Below, piece after piece: positions 1-8,704 of a stretch of DNA of 42,367 nt (the first letter of the stretch is position 1; every line of letters begins with the position of its first letter). Below the pieces are notes generated by a model. It was given only the letters and a program-made list of their open reading frames with translations, made no database searches and had not been told where the DNA came from. Origin of the DNA: a virus (lineage: Duplodnaviria > Heunggongvirae > Uroviricota > Caudoviricetes); IMG/VR virus record IMGVR_UViG_2563366848_000004, one strand, 5' to 3'. A program made the translations under genes and the position numbers.

Positions 1-1194
1 ATGATCACCGACACAAAGCTCAGGAAGGCGCTCGGCAAGAAAAGAGATGATATCGAGATTATTTCTGATTCGCACGGGCTCAACGCCAGAATCAGCCAGG
101 CCGGAAAAATATCATTTTTCTATCGGTATCGCTGGGCCGGTAAAGCGGTAAAACTCAATGTTGGTGATTATCCTGCAATGAGTATCACCCAGGCAAGAGA
201 GCGTCGCCAACAATTCAGAAACTGGTTAACTGAGGGACTGGATCCGCGAGAGCAGGTGAAGCTGGATAAGCAGACCCGACAGGAAGCGATGTCCGTTGCC
301 GAAGCGTTCAATTACTGGATTGAAAGGCACTGTATCGCTAACGGGCTAGTTAAAGTCGATTACTATCGCCAGGTGTTTGAGAAACATATCGCCGAACCGA
401 TGAAGAATGTCAAAGTCGATAACACAGCGAAAATGCACTGGATCAACGTCTTCGATTCTATAGAAAGCAGGGTGATGGCTCATTACATGCTTTCGCTGTG
501 CAAACGGGCGTTTAGGTTCTGCGTTAACAGAAGTGTGATCGCCTCAAACCCACTCGAGGGATTACTGCCATCTGATGTCGGGCAAAAGCCTAAAAAGAGA
601 ACTCGCAGGATGGACGATGACGATCTGCGCAAAATCTATCAGTGGTTGAAAAGCCATATGTCGATAGAGTCCGTTTTCCTGGTGAAATTTATTATGCTTA
701 CCGGATGCCGTACGGCTGAGATTCGACTTAGTGAGAGATCATGGTTTCGATTGGATGATAATGAGTGGGTCGTGCCTGCGGGCAGTTATAAAACTCGGGT
801 ACATATTAGAAGGGGACTCTCAGACGCCGCCGTTAACCTGGTCAGAAATCACCTCAAGAAAATAAACACCAATCACCTGGTGACTTCACAACGTAAAATT
901 GATGGCGGGATCAAAGATTCGCCCGTTCATTCACCTGTGGCATCCAATTACGCCCGTTCTATTTGGAATGGAACAGGTATGGCAGAGTGGTCGCTTCATG
1001 ATATGAGGCGGACGATAGCCACAAATCTCTCTGAGTTAGGTTGCCCGCCGCACGTAATTGAAAAGCTGCTCGGGCATCAGATGGTGGGGGTTATGGCGCA
1101 TTACAACCTTCATGACTATATCGATGATCAGAAACACTGGCTCCGCGTTTGGCAGAGCCATCTTGAAGAGATCATCGGAGAGCCCTTCAGTTAA
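1..1194 (+). CDS. phage integrase, tyrosine recombinase (P4/CP4-57-like with N-terminal arm-type domain)
   Basis: 397-aa ORF beginning at base 1; N-terminus [10 protein letters not shown]...YRYRWAGK typical of this integrase group; C-terminal catalytic signature HDMRRT ... LLGHQ ... AHY (R..HxxR..Y); adjacent AlpA-like xis. Confidence 0.9.
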
Positions 1195-1433
1195 TTTATC
1201 TTCTTTTTATCCTCCCACTCTTTGATTGACTCAGAGCGCCAGCGGTTAGGGTTGCCGGGCCAGTCAGGGGGTGGGAACGGGCATACGAAGCCCCGAGGCA
1301 TTGTGTCTGCACTTTGCCATGACCAAAGGGTTTTGCGTGAAATTTTGTAGCGACTGGTCAGGTCTGACGTTACCAAAATATCATCCATAGCTCTCTCCAG
1401 TTGCCCGTTCGGGCCATTCAAAATCTTTTTCAA
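1191..1433 (-). CDS. AlpA/Xis-like excisionase (small HTH protein)
   Basis: 80-aa ORF convergent with int (4-nt overlap); segment [15 protein letters not shown] ... ESIKEW resembles AlpA-family HTH and C-terminal W..E.I.EW motif. Confidence 0.6.
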
Positions 1434-1672
1434 CCAACCTGCCCGGGCAGGGAGCGGAGACGGCGCATGCCGGTCATCGCTGTGGCCACGTAGCTCGCCT
1501 TTCGGTTCACCACCTCCACCCAGACTTTCACGCCTTCAACCTTCACCGTATAAGTCTCTTTCATCTTGCTTCGCCCATAGTCGCCATATGTTTGCAAGTG
1601 AGCTGCCAGCGCGATGTCGCATGCTTGGCGAGCTAAAGGTGATTGCTTACTTCCTCGATTGATCAGTCGCAT
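1430..1672 (-). CDS. hypothetical early protein (80 aa)
   Basis: ORF with AAGGAG 6 nt upstream of ATG; ATGA stop/start overlap with downstream xis-like gene; no family recognised. Confidence 0.5.
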   Translation of the reverse strand: MRLINRGSKQSPLARQACDIALAAHLQTYGDYGRSKMKETYTVKVEGVKVWVEVVNRKASYVATAMTGMRRLRSLPGQVG

Positions 1673-1710
1673 ATAATCTCCTTGAGGGAGGGTTACCCCT
1701 CCCGGTCTCG

Positions 1711-2823
1711 TCAGGCCACGTATTCCGGTTTCATATCCGCCAGGGTGATGCTGAATTGATCGTGCAGTTCATCGCCTAAGTGACGCTTTGAAGATGCAAG
1801 CATGCGCTCGGCTTCAGCGAACCGTTCGGCTGCATGCGGCTCGTCGGGCTGGGGCAGGGATTTAATAGCCTCCTCAACCTTGTTGCGTGCATCCACTAGG
1901 TAATAACGCTTTACGGCTTTGTTTTTCAGCTCGGTGAATAGTGCGGATCCCAGCGTAGCTTTCGCCGTTTCAATGTCGGCACGCAGCGATTTGGCGCTAT
2001 CCACGTCCTGAGCAGATTCGATGCGTTCGCGGAAATCATCGGCAAGAGAGTCGACATTTACCGACGATTCCTGTGCGCTTTGCGTGGTTGTGACGGTGTC
2101 ACCTGAGATATCAGCCAGGCTAACGCGTTGCGGCGTTGGGTTGATCTCTTTTTCTGTGCGCTGTTCAATCTCATCAGGGGTGTACACACCAAGAACAACT
2201 GCAGGGCAATACAGGCGCGCCCAGTATTTGAGTGCCAGATAAGCGATCTGCTGTTTCGGGTTTGATACCCAAAGTGGAGAATTACGTGTGATTACGCTGG
2301 AGAGGAAAACAGGCTCTCCCCAGGTGATATCACTTTCACCGCGAATAACGGCACCTACCCGTACCGACAGTCCTTGTTCATCAGCACTTTCCCAACCGCG
2401 TACCATTTCTTTCTTGTCGTACGTCCCGCCACCTTTCGCAGGCTTTTTAACGGTTATCTCGCGGCTGCTGGCACATTTCGACCAGTCGCCCTCGTACTCA
2501 TAGTGAAAGCGGCCAACGATGGCGTTTGAGCTGGAGATCACCGCATTAACCAGTTGCGCTTCGTATCCCAGGACACCGTTAACCAGGTGCGTCTTTTGCG
2601 CCACGGCGTAAGGGTTCATACCCCACTGCATCGCCTGCATGATGATGGCCATGCAGTCTGCCGGATTGCCGCGGAGGTGCTCAGGCACCGTTACGGCTGC
2701 CTGTGCCATCAACCCGGCGACAGACTGAAGCTGGGTTAAAGCCTGCACGTTGAAAATGGCATTGCTGGCTGAGATCGTGTTTGGAGTCTGCTGTTCAGCG
2801 GTTACGATATTCGTGTTTTCCAT
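1711..2823 (-). CDS. single-strand annealing protein, RecT/Bet family (tentative)
   Basis: 370-aa ORF immediately downstream of the RecE-like nuclease gene, the classic exonuclease-annealase pair; AAGGGGA SD before third ATG of MMM; core pattern A..I...Q.G.NP...NG loosely resembles Bet-like annealases (from memory). Confidence 0.55.
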   Translation of the reverse strand: MENTNIVTAEQQTPNTISASNAIFNVQALTQLQSVAGLMAQAAVTVPEHLRGNPADCMAIIMQAMQWGMNPYAVAQKTHLVNGVLGYEAQLVNAVISSSNAIVGRFHYEYEGDWSKCASSREITVKKPAKGGGTYDKKEMVRGWESADEQGLSVRVGAVIRGESDITWGEPVFLSSVITRNSPLWVSNPKQQIAYLALKYWARLYCPAVVLGVYTPDEIEQRTEKEINPTPQRVSLADISGDTVTTTQSAQESSVNVDSLADDFRERIESAQDVDSAKSLRADIETAKATLGSALFTELKNKAVKRYYLVDARNKVEEAIKSLPQPDEPHAAERFAEAERMLASSKRHLGDELHDQFSITLADMKPEYVA

Positions 2824-2834
2824 CATCATTCCCC

Positions 2835-5744
2835 TTATGCATGAGTACGCAGCGCTTCAAGGCGGCGCAGGTCGAAGTCGTTCAGTTCGTCGGTGTAGTC
2901 AGCAGTGATTGGCGCTGGCCATTCACCTGTGTCGAATCCGGTTGCGATATTGCGCATCGCTTTGCGGTACTCGAGCATACCCAGCTCCAGTAGTTCAGCG
3001 GATGCCTCGATGATGGCGATCCAGTGGTAGTTCTCGTCTTTGTTGACGAAAATCCAGAAGAACTGATCCAGCGCTGCGGTTTCGCAGTACATAGCCGCGC
3101 TCAGGTGATAATCACGTTCAATAATTTCCCGGTGTAGCCTGGCGCGCAGGCTTTCCTGCTTAACATTCCACATGCTGATGGTTTTCAGGTCAGCACCGAT
3201 ACGCACGCCGTCTAGGTCGATCTCAAGGTCAGGACGCACACGAACTTCCAGTCCCGTCTCCTCGTCAAAGCCAAAGTAGCTCACCTCAACGGCGCGGCTC
3301 GGGTGGGTTAGCAGCATGCCTGCGGTCGGGTGCGAGAGCAGTGCTGACTGAATTGCCTGCGCGGTGGCAAGTTGCTGGTGGGTAACCAGCACTTTCCCTT
3401 CCGGGTTGTTGCGCCAAGCATCGAGCAGCTCGTCGGCGAACACTGCATCTGGTTTGACTGCCTTCACGGCCTGAATCAGATCGGCCTTCGTGCCAGAGAC
3501 TTTCAGCGGTTGCAGCTTCTGAGCTTCCTGCGCGACCAGGTCAGGATTGATAATCGCAAGTTGTTCGAGTAGTGCGTCGCGGCTGCCGCTGGTTTTAATC
3601 TGCGCTGGCAGGGTGGCGTTGTACTCTTTGATGCACGCCTTCATTGCTGTTGCTGTCTTCTTCTGATCTGTATCGATACGTTGGAATTCAGCTGGCAGCG
3701 CCATATAGTTCTGCGCCGTTTCATCCAGGCTAGCGCCCAGCGGCACCAGCGCTGGCAGGGTGGCGTTGTATTCATCCAGCAAAGCTTTGATATCGTCTGC
3801 GCTCAGTTGCGCTGGCAGGCTGGCGTTGTACTCATCAATAAACGCGCGGATCGTTGCCGTGGTGGTAAATGCACCTTCCGGAATTACGGGTTCAACGCTA
3901 AATTCTTCATCGAGCTGTTCTGGCTGCAACGCCAGCGCATGTACCAGGTTTCCCATGTCCAGCACTGAGGAGCGCTCTTTGACGATGGTTTTCTCAACGT
4001 GGCGCGCATTGAAGTACATCAGCGAAACGCGCGCATCTTTTACCTGGGTGGAACTGATGCCGTTGGCAGCGTGGTAAACCTCGTTCGGCAGACCTTCATA
4101 GCGCCCAGGCTCGAAGTAATCGGGGTAAAAAACAGCTTGTTCGTCAGATTGCGCCTCTGGCTCGACGTGTGCCAAAACTGGTTCAGTCTGGTTTACAGAA
4201 TCGCTATTTTGAGCGACAGATTCCGTATTTTGGTTTACATCGGCCTGCTGGCCGGGATGTGACTCTTCACCAGTTTCCAGACTGCTTTCGCCTGACTGCA
4301 TTTCATTACCAACATTTTTTTCATCACTGACAGTTTCTTGAACCTGCACATTGCTGGTGGTTTCCGTAGCCTGTTTCGTGCCATGAGTTGCTGAGTTCTG
4401 CAGTAAAGCCGTAACATCGAATATTCCGTTGCCGACATTTTTAACCAGTTCTTGTTCGGCTTTATGTGGTTGTGCTGTCGCTTCCTCTGCGCGGCGGCGT
4501 GCTTCTTCTTCACGTACGCGTCGCAGGTTCTCTTCGTGAGTGCAGAAGGGTTTGCGTGGAGACTCCTTACTTTCAGGTTGGGGAATTTCCTGTGTTGCGG
4601 GCTCAGCTTCATGCAATGGCAATAACTCAACAGCAGCATTAAACGCAGCAGTCATGGTCCGGTTAACAAACTCCAGGTGAGCGACAGGAGTTAGATGAAT
4701 ATTTTCCGGCGCGATACGTATCAGGTTAAAAATAGCTGTGCGGTTAACGCCAAGAACGCCGGGTTGATTGCGCAGAATGCTGCTCCATGATTTCCACGGT
4801 TCTTCTTTTTTGGTCACGATTTCTTTAGCGCGACGAAGAATGCTGCCCGGGATCTCGAAGTGGTTGAAGTCCATAGGCAGAAGGGCACATGCAATCTCTA
4901 AATCGAGAGTGTCAAGGGTATGGTATGTATCAGGTCCACGGTCAGTGACGTAACCGCCGTTGGCATTGGTTCCGGAATCAGTACGCTGAACACTACTGAT
5001 GTGATTACCGGCAGCCCATTCACGCGCCAGGATGCCACGGTCAATGTAATCAGTAGCCGCCCACATTCTGGTGAAACGGAGTACCAGCGCGAGTTCGTGA
5101 CGCTTGTCCTGGCTGAACACTTTGCGAATGGCATCGGTGTAGCGCCACAGGTCTTTGGTGTCGTAACCCTTCACTTCCGGGCAGTTCTCAGCAGCTAACA
5201 GCAAGTTCTGGACGTAACTGTTATCAGTGTCCATCTCCAGCGCGCCGATAGCTTCGTACTCTTCGCGGGTTACGTGGTGGCGCAGTTCGTCGGCGGTGAA
5301 CTGGGAAAGCAGTTGCTTACGAAACGGCATCTGCACTACCGGGTAGAGGGTTGAGTCGTCGTCGTGTTCGTCCAGCGTGATGCCAGCGGTTTCTGGCAGC
5401 GTTGACTCAGTAGTTATGTGACTATCAACGGTCTGAGCTGTTTTCTCGTCAGAGTTTTCAGCTGTGACTTTTGGCAGCCAGGTGCGGTCATCGTTCTGCA
5501 GTTCGTAGCGTTCGCACCAGGTGTAATCCACTGCGCCTTCTTCCGGCAGGTCGTCATATACCGGGAAATCGGTGCGGATTGGTTTGGCATAATCTTTACC
5601 GCGGCCAGTTTCTTCAATTCCGGCTTCTTCCAGTGCCACATCGAGTTGGAGATTGGCGCGCGCTACACTTTTCGCAGTGAACCAAATCACTGCATCTTTC
5701 TTGCCAGACTTCTGACTGGCTTTTATCAGATGGAAAAATTCCAT
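2835..5744 (-). CDS. RecE-like exonuclease VIII (C-terminal PD-(D/E)xK nuclease domain)
   Basis: 969-aa ORF from internal ATG (MEFFHLIKAS) with AAGAGGA SD; C-terminal region carries RPDLEIDLDG...IGADLKT (PD...DxK nuclease motif); large acidic/low-complexity linker; positioned upstream of annealase as in Rac recE-recT. Confidence 0.65.
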   Translation of the reverse strand: MEFFHLIKASQKSGKKDAVIWFTAKSVARANLQLDVALEEAGIEETGRGKDYAKPIRTDFPVYDDLPEEGAVDYTWCERYELQNDDRTWLPKVTAENSDEKTAQTVDSHITTESTLPETAGITLDEHDDDSTLYPVVQMPFRKQLLSQFTADELRHHVTREEYEAIGALEMDTDNSYVQNLLLAAENCPEVKGYDTKDLWRYTDAIRKVFSQDKRHELALVLRFTRMWAATDYIDRGILAREWAAGNHISSVQRTDSGTNANGGYVTDRGPDTYHTLDTLDLEIACALLPMDFNHFEIPGSILRRAKEIVTKKEEPWKSWSSILRNQPGVLGVNRTAIFNLIRIAPENIHLTPVAHLEFVNRTMTAAFNAAVELLPLHEAEPATQEIPQPESKESPRKPFCTHEENLRRVREEEARRRAEEATAQPHKAEQELVKNVGNGIFDVTALLQNSATHGTKQATETTSNVQVQETVSDEKNVGNEMQSGESSLETGEESHPGQQADVNQNTESVAQNSDSVNQTEPVLAHVEPEAQSDEQAVFYPDYFEPGRYEGLPNEVYHAANGISSTQVKDARVSLMYFNARHVEKTIVKERSSVLDMGNLVHALALQPEQLDEEFSVEPVIPEGAFTTTATIRAFIDEYNASLPAQLSADDIKALLDEYNATLPALVPLGASLDETAQNYMALPAEFQRIDTDQKKTATAMKACIKEYNATLPAQIKTSGSRDALLEQLAIINPDLVAQEAQKLQPLKVSGTKADLIQAVKAVKPDAVFADELLDAWRNNPEGKVLVTHQQLATAQAIQSALLSHPTAGMLLTHPSRAVEVSYFGFDEETGLEVRVRPDLEIDLDGVRIGADLKTISMWNVKQESLRARLHREIIERDYHLSAAMYCETAALDQFFWIFVNKDENYHWIAIIEASAELLELGMLEYRKAMRNIATGFDTGEWPAPITADYTDELNDFDLRRLEALRTHA

Positions 5745-5882
5745 GTGAGATCCTCTTTTTTGAGTGTTAGAATCCCCGGGCCAGAGATAGCGCCCATTGG
5801 ATGTTTTTTGGTTTGGTATAAATTCCGGTGTAACTTTGGTCGGTGGCACCGGACGTGAATCCCGCCTTGCGCGGGTTTTACG

Positions 5883-6044
5883 TTAGCCTTCGTGAGCCAT
5901 CTGGTCGTGCGAAGCGCAACGTTTGGAGCAATACTCTTTTTCTTTGCGCGCCAGCTGTGAGCCGTTGCGATAGAGAAGGGTGCTCTTGATTACTTCCTCC
6001 GTTTTAACCGGCTTGCCGCAATATCCGCATTTCTTGTCTAACAT
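5883..6044 (-). CDS. small zinc-ribbon protein (53 aa)
   Basis: Hand-translated ORF below the track size cut-off: MLDKKCGYCGKPVKTEEVIKSTLLYRNGSQLARKEKEYCSKRCASHDQMAHEG; CxxC ... CxxxC; GGAGGA SD upstream. Confidence 0.4.
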   Translation of the reverse strand: MLDKKCGYCGKPVKTEEVIKSTLLYRNGSQLARKEKEYCSKRCASHDQMAHEG

Positions 6045-6055
6045 GACATCCTCCG

Positions 6056-6262
6056 CTAGTGGCTGAGTCCATGCCCCAGACCGTTCAGATAAACTTCAAC
6101 CAGCAAATCCTTGGTGTAAGTCATTTCTACGCCGCGATGCAGATACAAACGTCCGCGAGCGTTAGCTGATGCCGTCCAGGTTGAGTCTTTGTGTTTGACG
6201 AGCATCCCCGGCTGAACTGCGCCGCGGTTTACTGTCTGTGTACCGTAGTGCTGATGAACCAT
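6056..6262 (-). CDS. small hypothetical protein (68 aa) in the kil-gene position
   Basis: Internal ATG (MVHQHYG...) preceded by TGGAG; first gene downstream of the leftward early promoter, the position of kilR in Rac; no sequence-level identification. Confidence 0.4.
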   Translation of the reverse strand: MVHQHYGTQTVNRGAVQPGMLVKHKDSTWTASANARGRLYLHRGVEMTYTKDLLVEVYLNGLGHGLSH

Positions 6263-6509
6263 GATGTTCTCCAGTTTTTCTGAGTGAACTTCGCTGGTGG
6301 TGCCGCGGCGCTGATCTTCACGGTTGAGCGTTTTAACTCTGCAATTCACCACCGCGAAGCTCACTCTGTGCTTTGCCCTTGTCGCCAGGCTGGCGGAACG
6401 TTTCAAACCTACTGCGCGTTAATCTCACCACCTCATTCCGGTCTTCGTATGCCCCGGACGGCTACTTCGTGGGCTCCATGCCTGGGTGGTTCGTGGTGCG
6501 TCTTGGTGA

Positions 6510-6585
6510 TTGCATATTAAGCCTGAGACTTAAATCATGTCAAGCTCCAGGCGAAATGTGATTGTAAGTTTCAGGCTTAATCGTG
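6510..6585 (-). promoter_or_regulatory. leftward early promoter with operator sites (OL/pL-like)
   Basis: On minus strand TTGACA (6543..6538) - 17 nt - TTAATA (6520..6515); 17-bp site TTAAGCCTGAGACTTAA (6517..6533) overlaps spacer/-10 and is the inverted copy of the OR site; additional half-site TCAGGCTTAA at 6571..6580. Confidence 0.5.
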
Positions 6586-6684
6586 ATGTTCACCGAATTG
6601 CAGGCAAAAAAAATCCCGACGCTAAGGTCGAGATCGGGGACTTCGTGGCTGGGTGTTGGCGGCTGAGATGGTGGGTGAGGGTGT

Positions 6685-6715
6685 AAAAAACCCGGCGCTG
6701 TGGCCGGGTTTTTTC
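6685..6715 (-). terminator. rho-independent terminator (bidirectional-type hairpin)
   Basis: AAAAAA-CCCGGC-gctgtg-GCCGGG-TTTTTT immediately after the stop of the 34-aa ORF. Confidence 0.6.
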
Positions 6716-6716
6716 A

Positions 6717-6821
6717 TTACTGCTGGTTAAATCCTTTCGGCGAGTGCTGCTGTTCTTTATTACCAAATTTTTGATTTACAATGATTTTATAAGCGTTATT
6801 GAGAGCTTGCTTTATAGACAT
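6717..6821 (-). CDS. 34-aa hypothetical basic peptide, translationally coupled to the 435-aa gene
   Basis: Hand-translated: MSIKQALNNAYKIIVNQKFGNKEQQHSPKGFNQQ; arrangement TAA(stop of upstream gene)-cacat-AAGGAG-atatta-ATG; followed directly by the terminator. Confidence 0.4.
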   Translation of the reverse strand: MSIKQALNNAYKIIVNQKFGNKEQQHSPKGFNQQ

Positions 6822-6838
6822 TAATATCTCCTTATGTG

Positions 6839-8143
6839 TTATTGACGATTAAAGTAGTTAGAGTTTAGCTCTTTAGGGAAGTAGTGTTTACGATTTACCC
6901 AAACAAATCCATCAACTTTTGATATCACAGCGACATCAACAGGCCCACCGACAGTTTCATAATCATGTGATACTTTTCTTTTGAATGCAGTGATGTTCAC
7001 TAATGATTCGGCCATATACGCAAGATCTGCCTTCCCAAGTGATTGCAACATCGATATCATTTTATTTGTATGGTTATTAACAATATAGCTTTCAAGTTTA
7101 GTATCGTGATCTTGTAAAAGTACGTTTTTGAGTTCCTCAATTTCACTGGAGAAGTGATTGGCTAGTACTCCATTGTTCATTGCAGGGAAAATATTGCTAG
7201 AAACATAATGATTAAGCCGATCAAAAACTTCCTCTGTAAGAGTTCTGTTAAAATTAATGATGTTAGGGTTGCACCCATCAATGAAAGTTACTACTTCATC
7301 TTCTTGAGCAAATGGTATAACAAACCCCATATTGGTTACCTTATTATGGGATTTATCATCAATATTATGGATCATCAATTTGTTTTTAAAAATGCCGTAG
7401 ATATGAAGAGTGCAAATGGAAGGGTAATATTCTTCCTCTCCATAACCTGTTATAACAATCCCTGAATATGTACGACTAGCATGGACTTTGAAAATTAAAC
7501 AAGTGGAATATAATATGACTTTTTCCATAAGCTCTTGCTGTATATTTTCACAGTTATCAAGAACAATAATTGATGAAATGTATGGCGATATTAAATCTTG
7601 TATATATGCTAAAGCATCATTAAACTCTTCTGTATCAAACCCTTCGAAAAAGAGATTATTCCTTAAGATTCCTATCTCTAAATCAAAGGCTTGCTTAACT
7701 ATGTTTTGAAAAATAACATTGTCGAGTTCAACGGCGGGGTTCATTGTTAAATAGTTTACTACATTATTATCATTAATGTATCTCATCAAACCTTTGAGGT
7801 TATCAACAACAAGGTTTATAACGCAAGCCTCTCTCATTTCATTTGTTATAAGGTCTGAGTTACCATTGATGAATTTTACAAAGTCATTAACATATTCTTT
7901 AATGGTAGGGAAACTAGTTTTCCCCAATTGTTTTCTATAGGATTTAATTATAAGTTCCCACGGTGCGCCACCCAGTGTCGCATTATTATAAATCATGATC
8001 CCCACGGGATGGTGTTTAGATAGTTCGAATAGTTTTTCCGCACTATTATTTATTTTTACTAATCTATTATGCTCTGTGGTGACTGCAGAGTCAGCAGCAA
8101 GGGCGATTCCAGTATTATTTATTACAACAATCTCAGCTGTCAT
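6839..8143 (-). CDS. AT-rich 435-aa protein with proteasome-beta/HslV-like Ntn-hydrolase signature; candidate lysogen-expressed defence protein
   Basis: Long ORF in a markedly AT-rich island; start at ATG 8143 (MTAEIVV..., GGGA upstream) preferred over track start 8242, which has no SD; N-terminus T2-x15-D18 ... K30-I and C-terminus DYETVGGPVDVAVISKVDGFVWV resemble Ntn threonine-protease motifs (from memory); same strand as and downstream of the repressor. Confidence 0.75.
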   Translation of the reverse strand: MTAEIVVINNTGIALAADSAVTTEHNRLVKINNSAEKLFELSKHHPVGIMIYNNATLGGAPWELIIKSYRKQLGKTSFPTIKEYVNDFVKFINGNSDLITNEMREACVINLVVDNLKGLMRYINDNNVVNYLTMNPAVELDNVIFQNIVKQAFDLEIGILRNNLFFEGFDTEEFNDALAYIQDLISPYISSIIVLDNCENIQQELMEKVILYSTCLIFKVHASRTYSGIVITGYGEEEYYPSICTLHIYGIFKNKLMIHNIDDKSHNKVTNMGFVIPFAQEDEVVTFIDGCNPNIINFNRTLTEEVFDRLNHYVSSNIFPAMNNGVLANHFSSEIEELKNVLLQDHDTKLESYIVNNHTNKMISMLQSLGKADLAYMAESLVNITAFKRKVSHDYETVGGPVDVAVISKVDGFVWVNRKHYFPKELNSNYFNRQ

Positions 8144-8164
8144 TGCAAAACATCCCGTGTAGTA

Positions 8165-8201
8165 GTGATAAATATTAATTAAATTGATAGTTTTTTTCAA
8201 T
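8165..8201 (-). promoter_or_regulatory. putative sigma70 promoter for the 435-aa gene
   Basis: Minus-strand TTGAAA (8200..8195) - 17 nt - TAATAT (8177..8172), about 30 nt upstream of start codon 8143; AT-rich DNA raises the chance of spurious matches. Confidence 0.35.
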
Positions 8202-8284
8202 CTAACATAAATGGCGGAATCACCCCCCAGTAAAGACATCATTGTCTCATGGGAACTAAAAATTCAGGACAAACCTAAAGCGAT

Positions 8285-8671
8285 TCAGTCCCCCTGCGAG
8301 CGAATCCGCCCCTTCATGTACTTCTCATACAGCTCATCCAGTTCCTTAAGACGTATCGAAAAGATGCGGAGCATGTTCTGTTGCTCTTCTTCTGGCAGCT
8401 GGCGGTAGAGCTCAAGCAGGCGCTGTTCGTCCGGCTTAAGTCCGTCCTTCTCGCCGACATCCTCACCGAGTAACCAAGGCACAGACACGCCAGCTGCGTC
8501 AGCGACAGCGAGAGCTGATTTCTTGCTGATCACGCCTTTTTTAAACCAGCCGTTCACAGACTGCGGGGTTACCCCAGCAACCCTAGCCATATCGGATTTG
8601 GTCATACCGCGCCCGTTCAGCTCTGAAAGGCGTTCGACAAGTATCGGATTAAGTACGGTTTTCTCTTTCAT
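8285..8671 (-). CDS. prophage repressor, HTH XRE family (CI/RacR-like)
   Basis: 128-aa ORF; HTH segment MTKSDMARVAGVTPQSVNGWFKKG; divergent from the Cro-like gene across an operator-rich intergenic region. Confidence 0.8.
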   Translation of the reverse strand: MKEKTVLNPILVERLSELNGRGMTKSDMARVAGVTPQSVNGWFKKGVISKKSALAVADAAGVSVPWLLGEDVGEKDGLKPDEQRLLELYRQLPEEEQQNMLRIFSIRLKELDELYEKYMKGRIRSQGD

Positions 8672-8704
8672 GGTTAGAAGAATAAGCCTTTTTCTTAAAC
8701 TTGA

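Noticed and set aside
6284-6561. Two plus-strand ORFs (78 and 62 aa) in the OL region
   Set aside because: They overlap the minus-strand kil-position ORF and the operator/promoter region, with no ribosome-binding sites; considered spurious.
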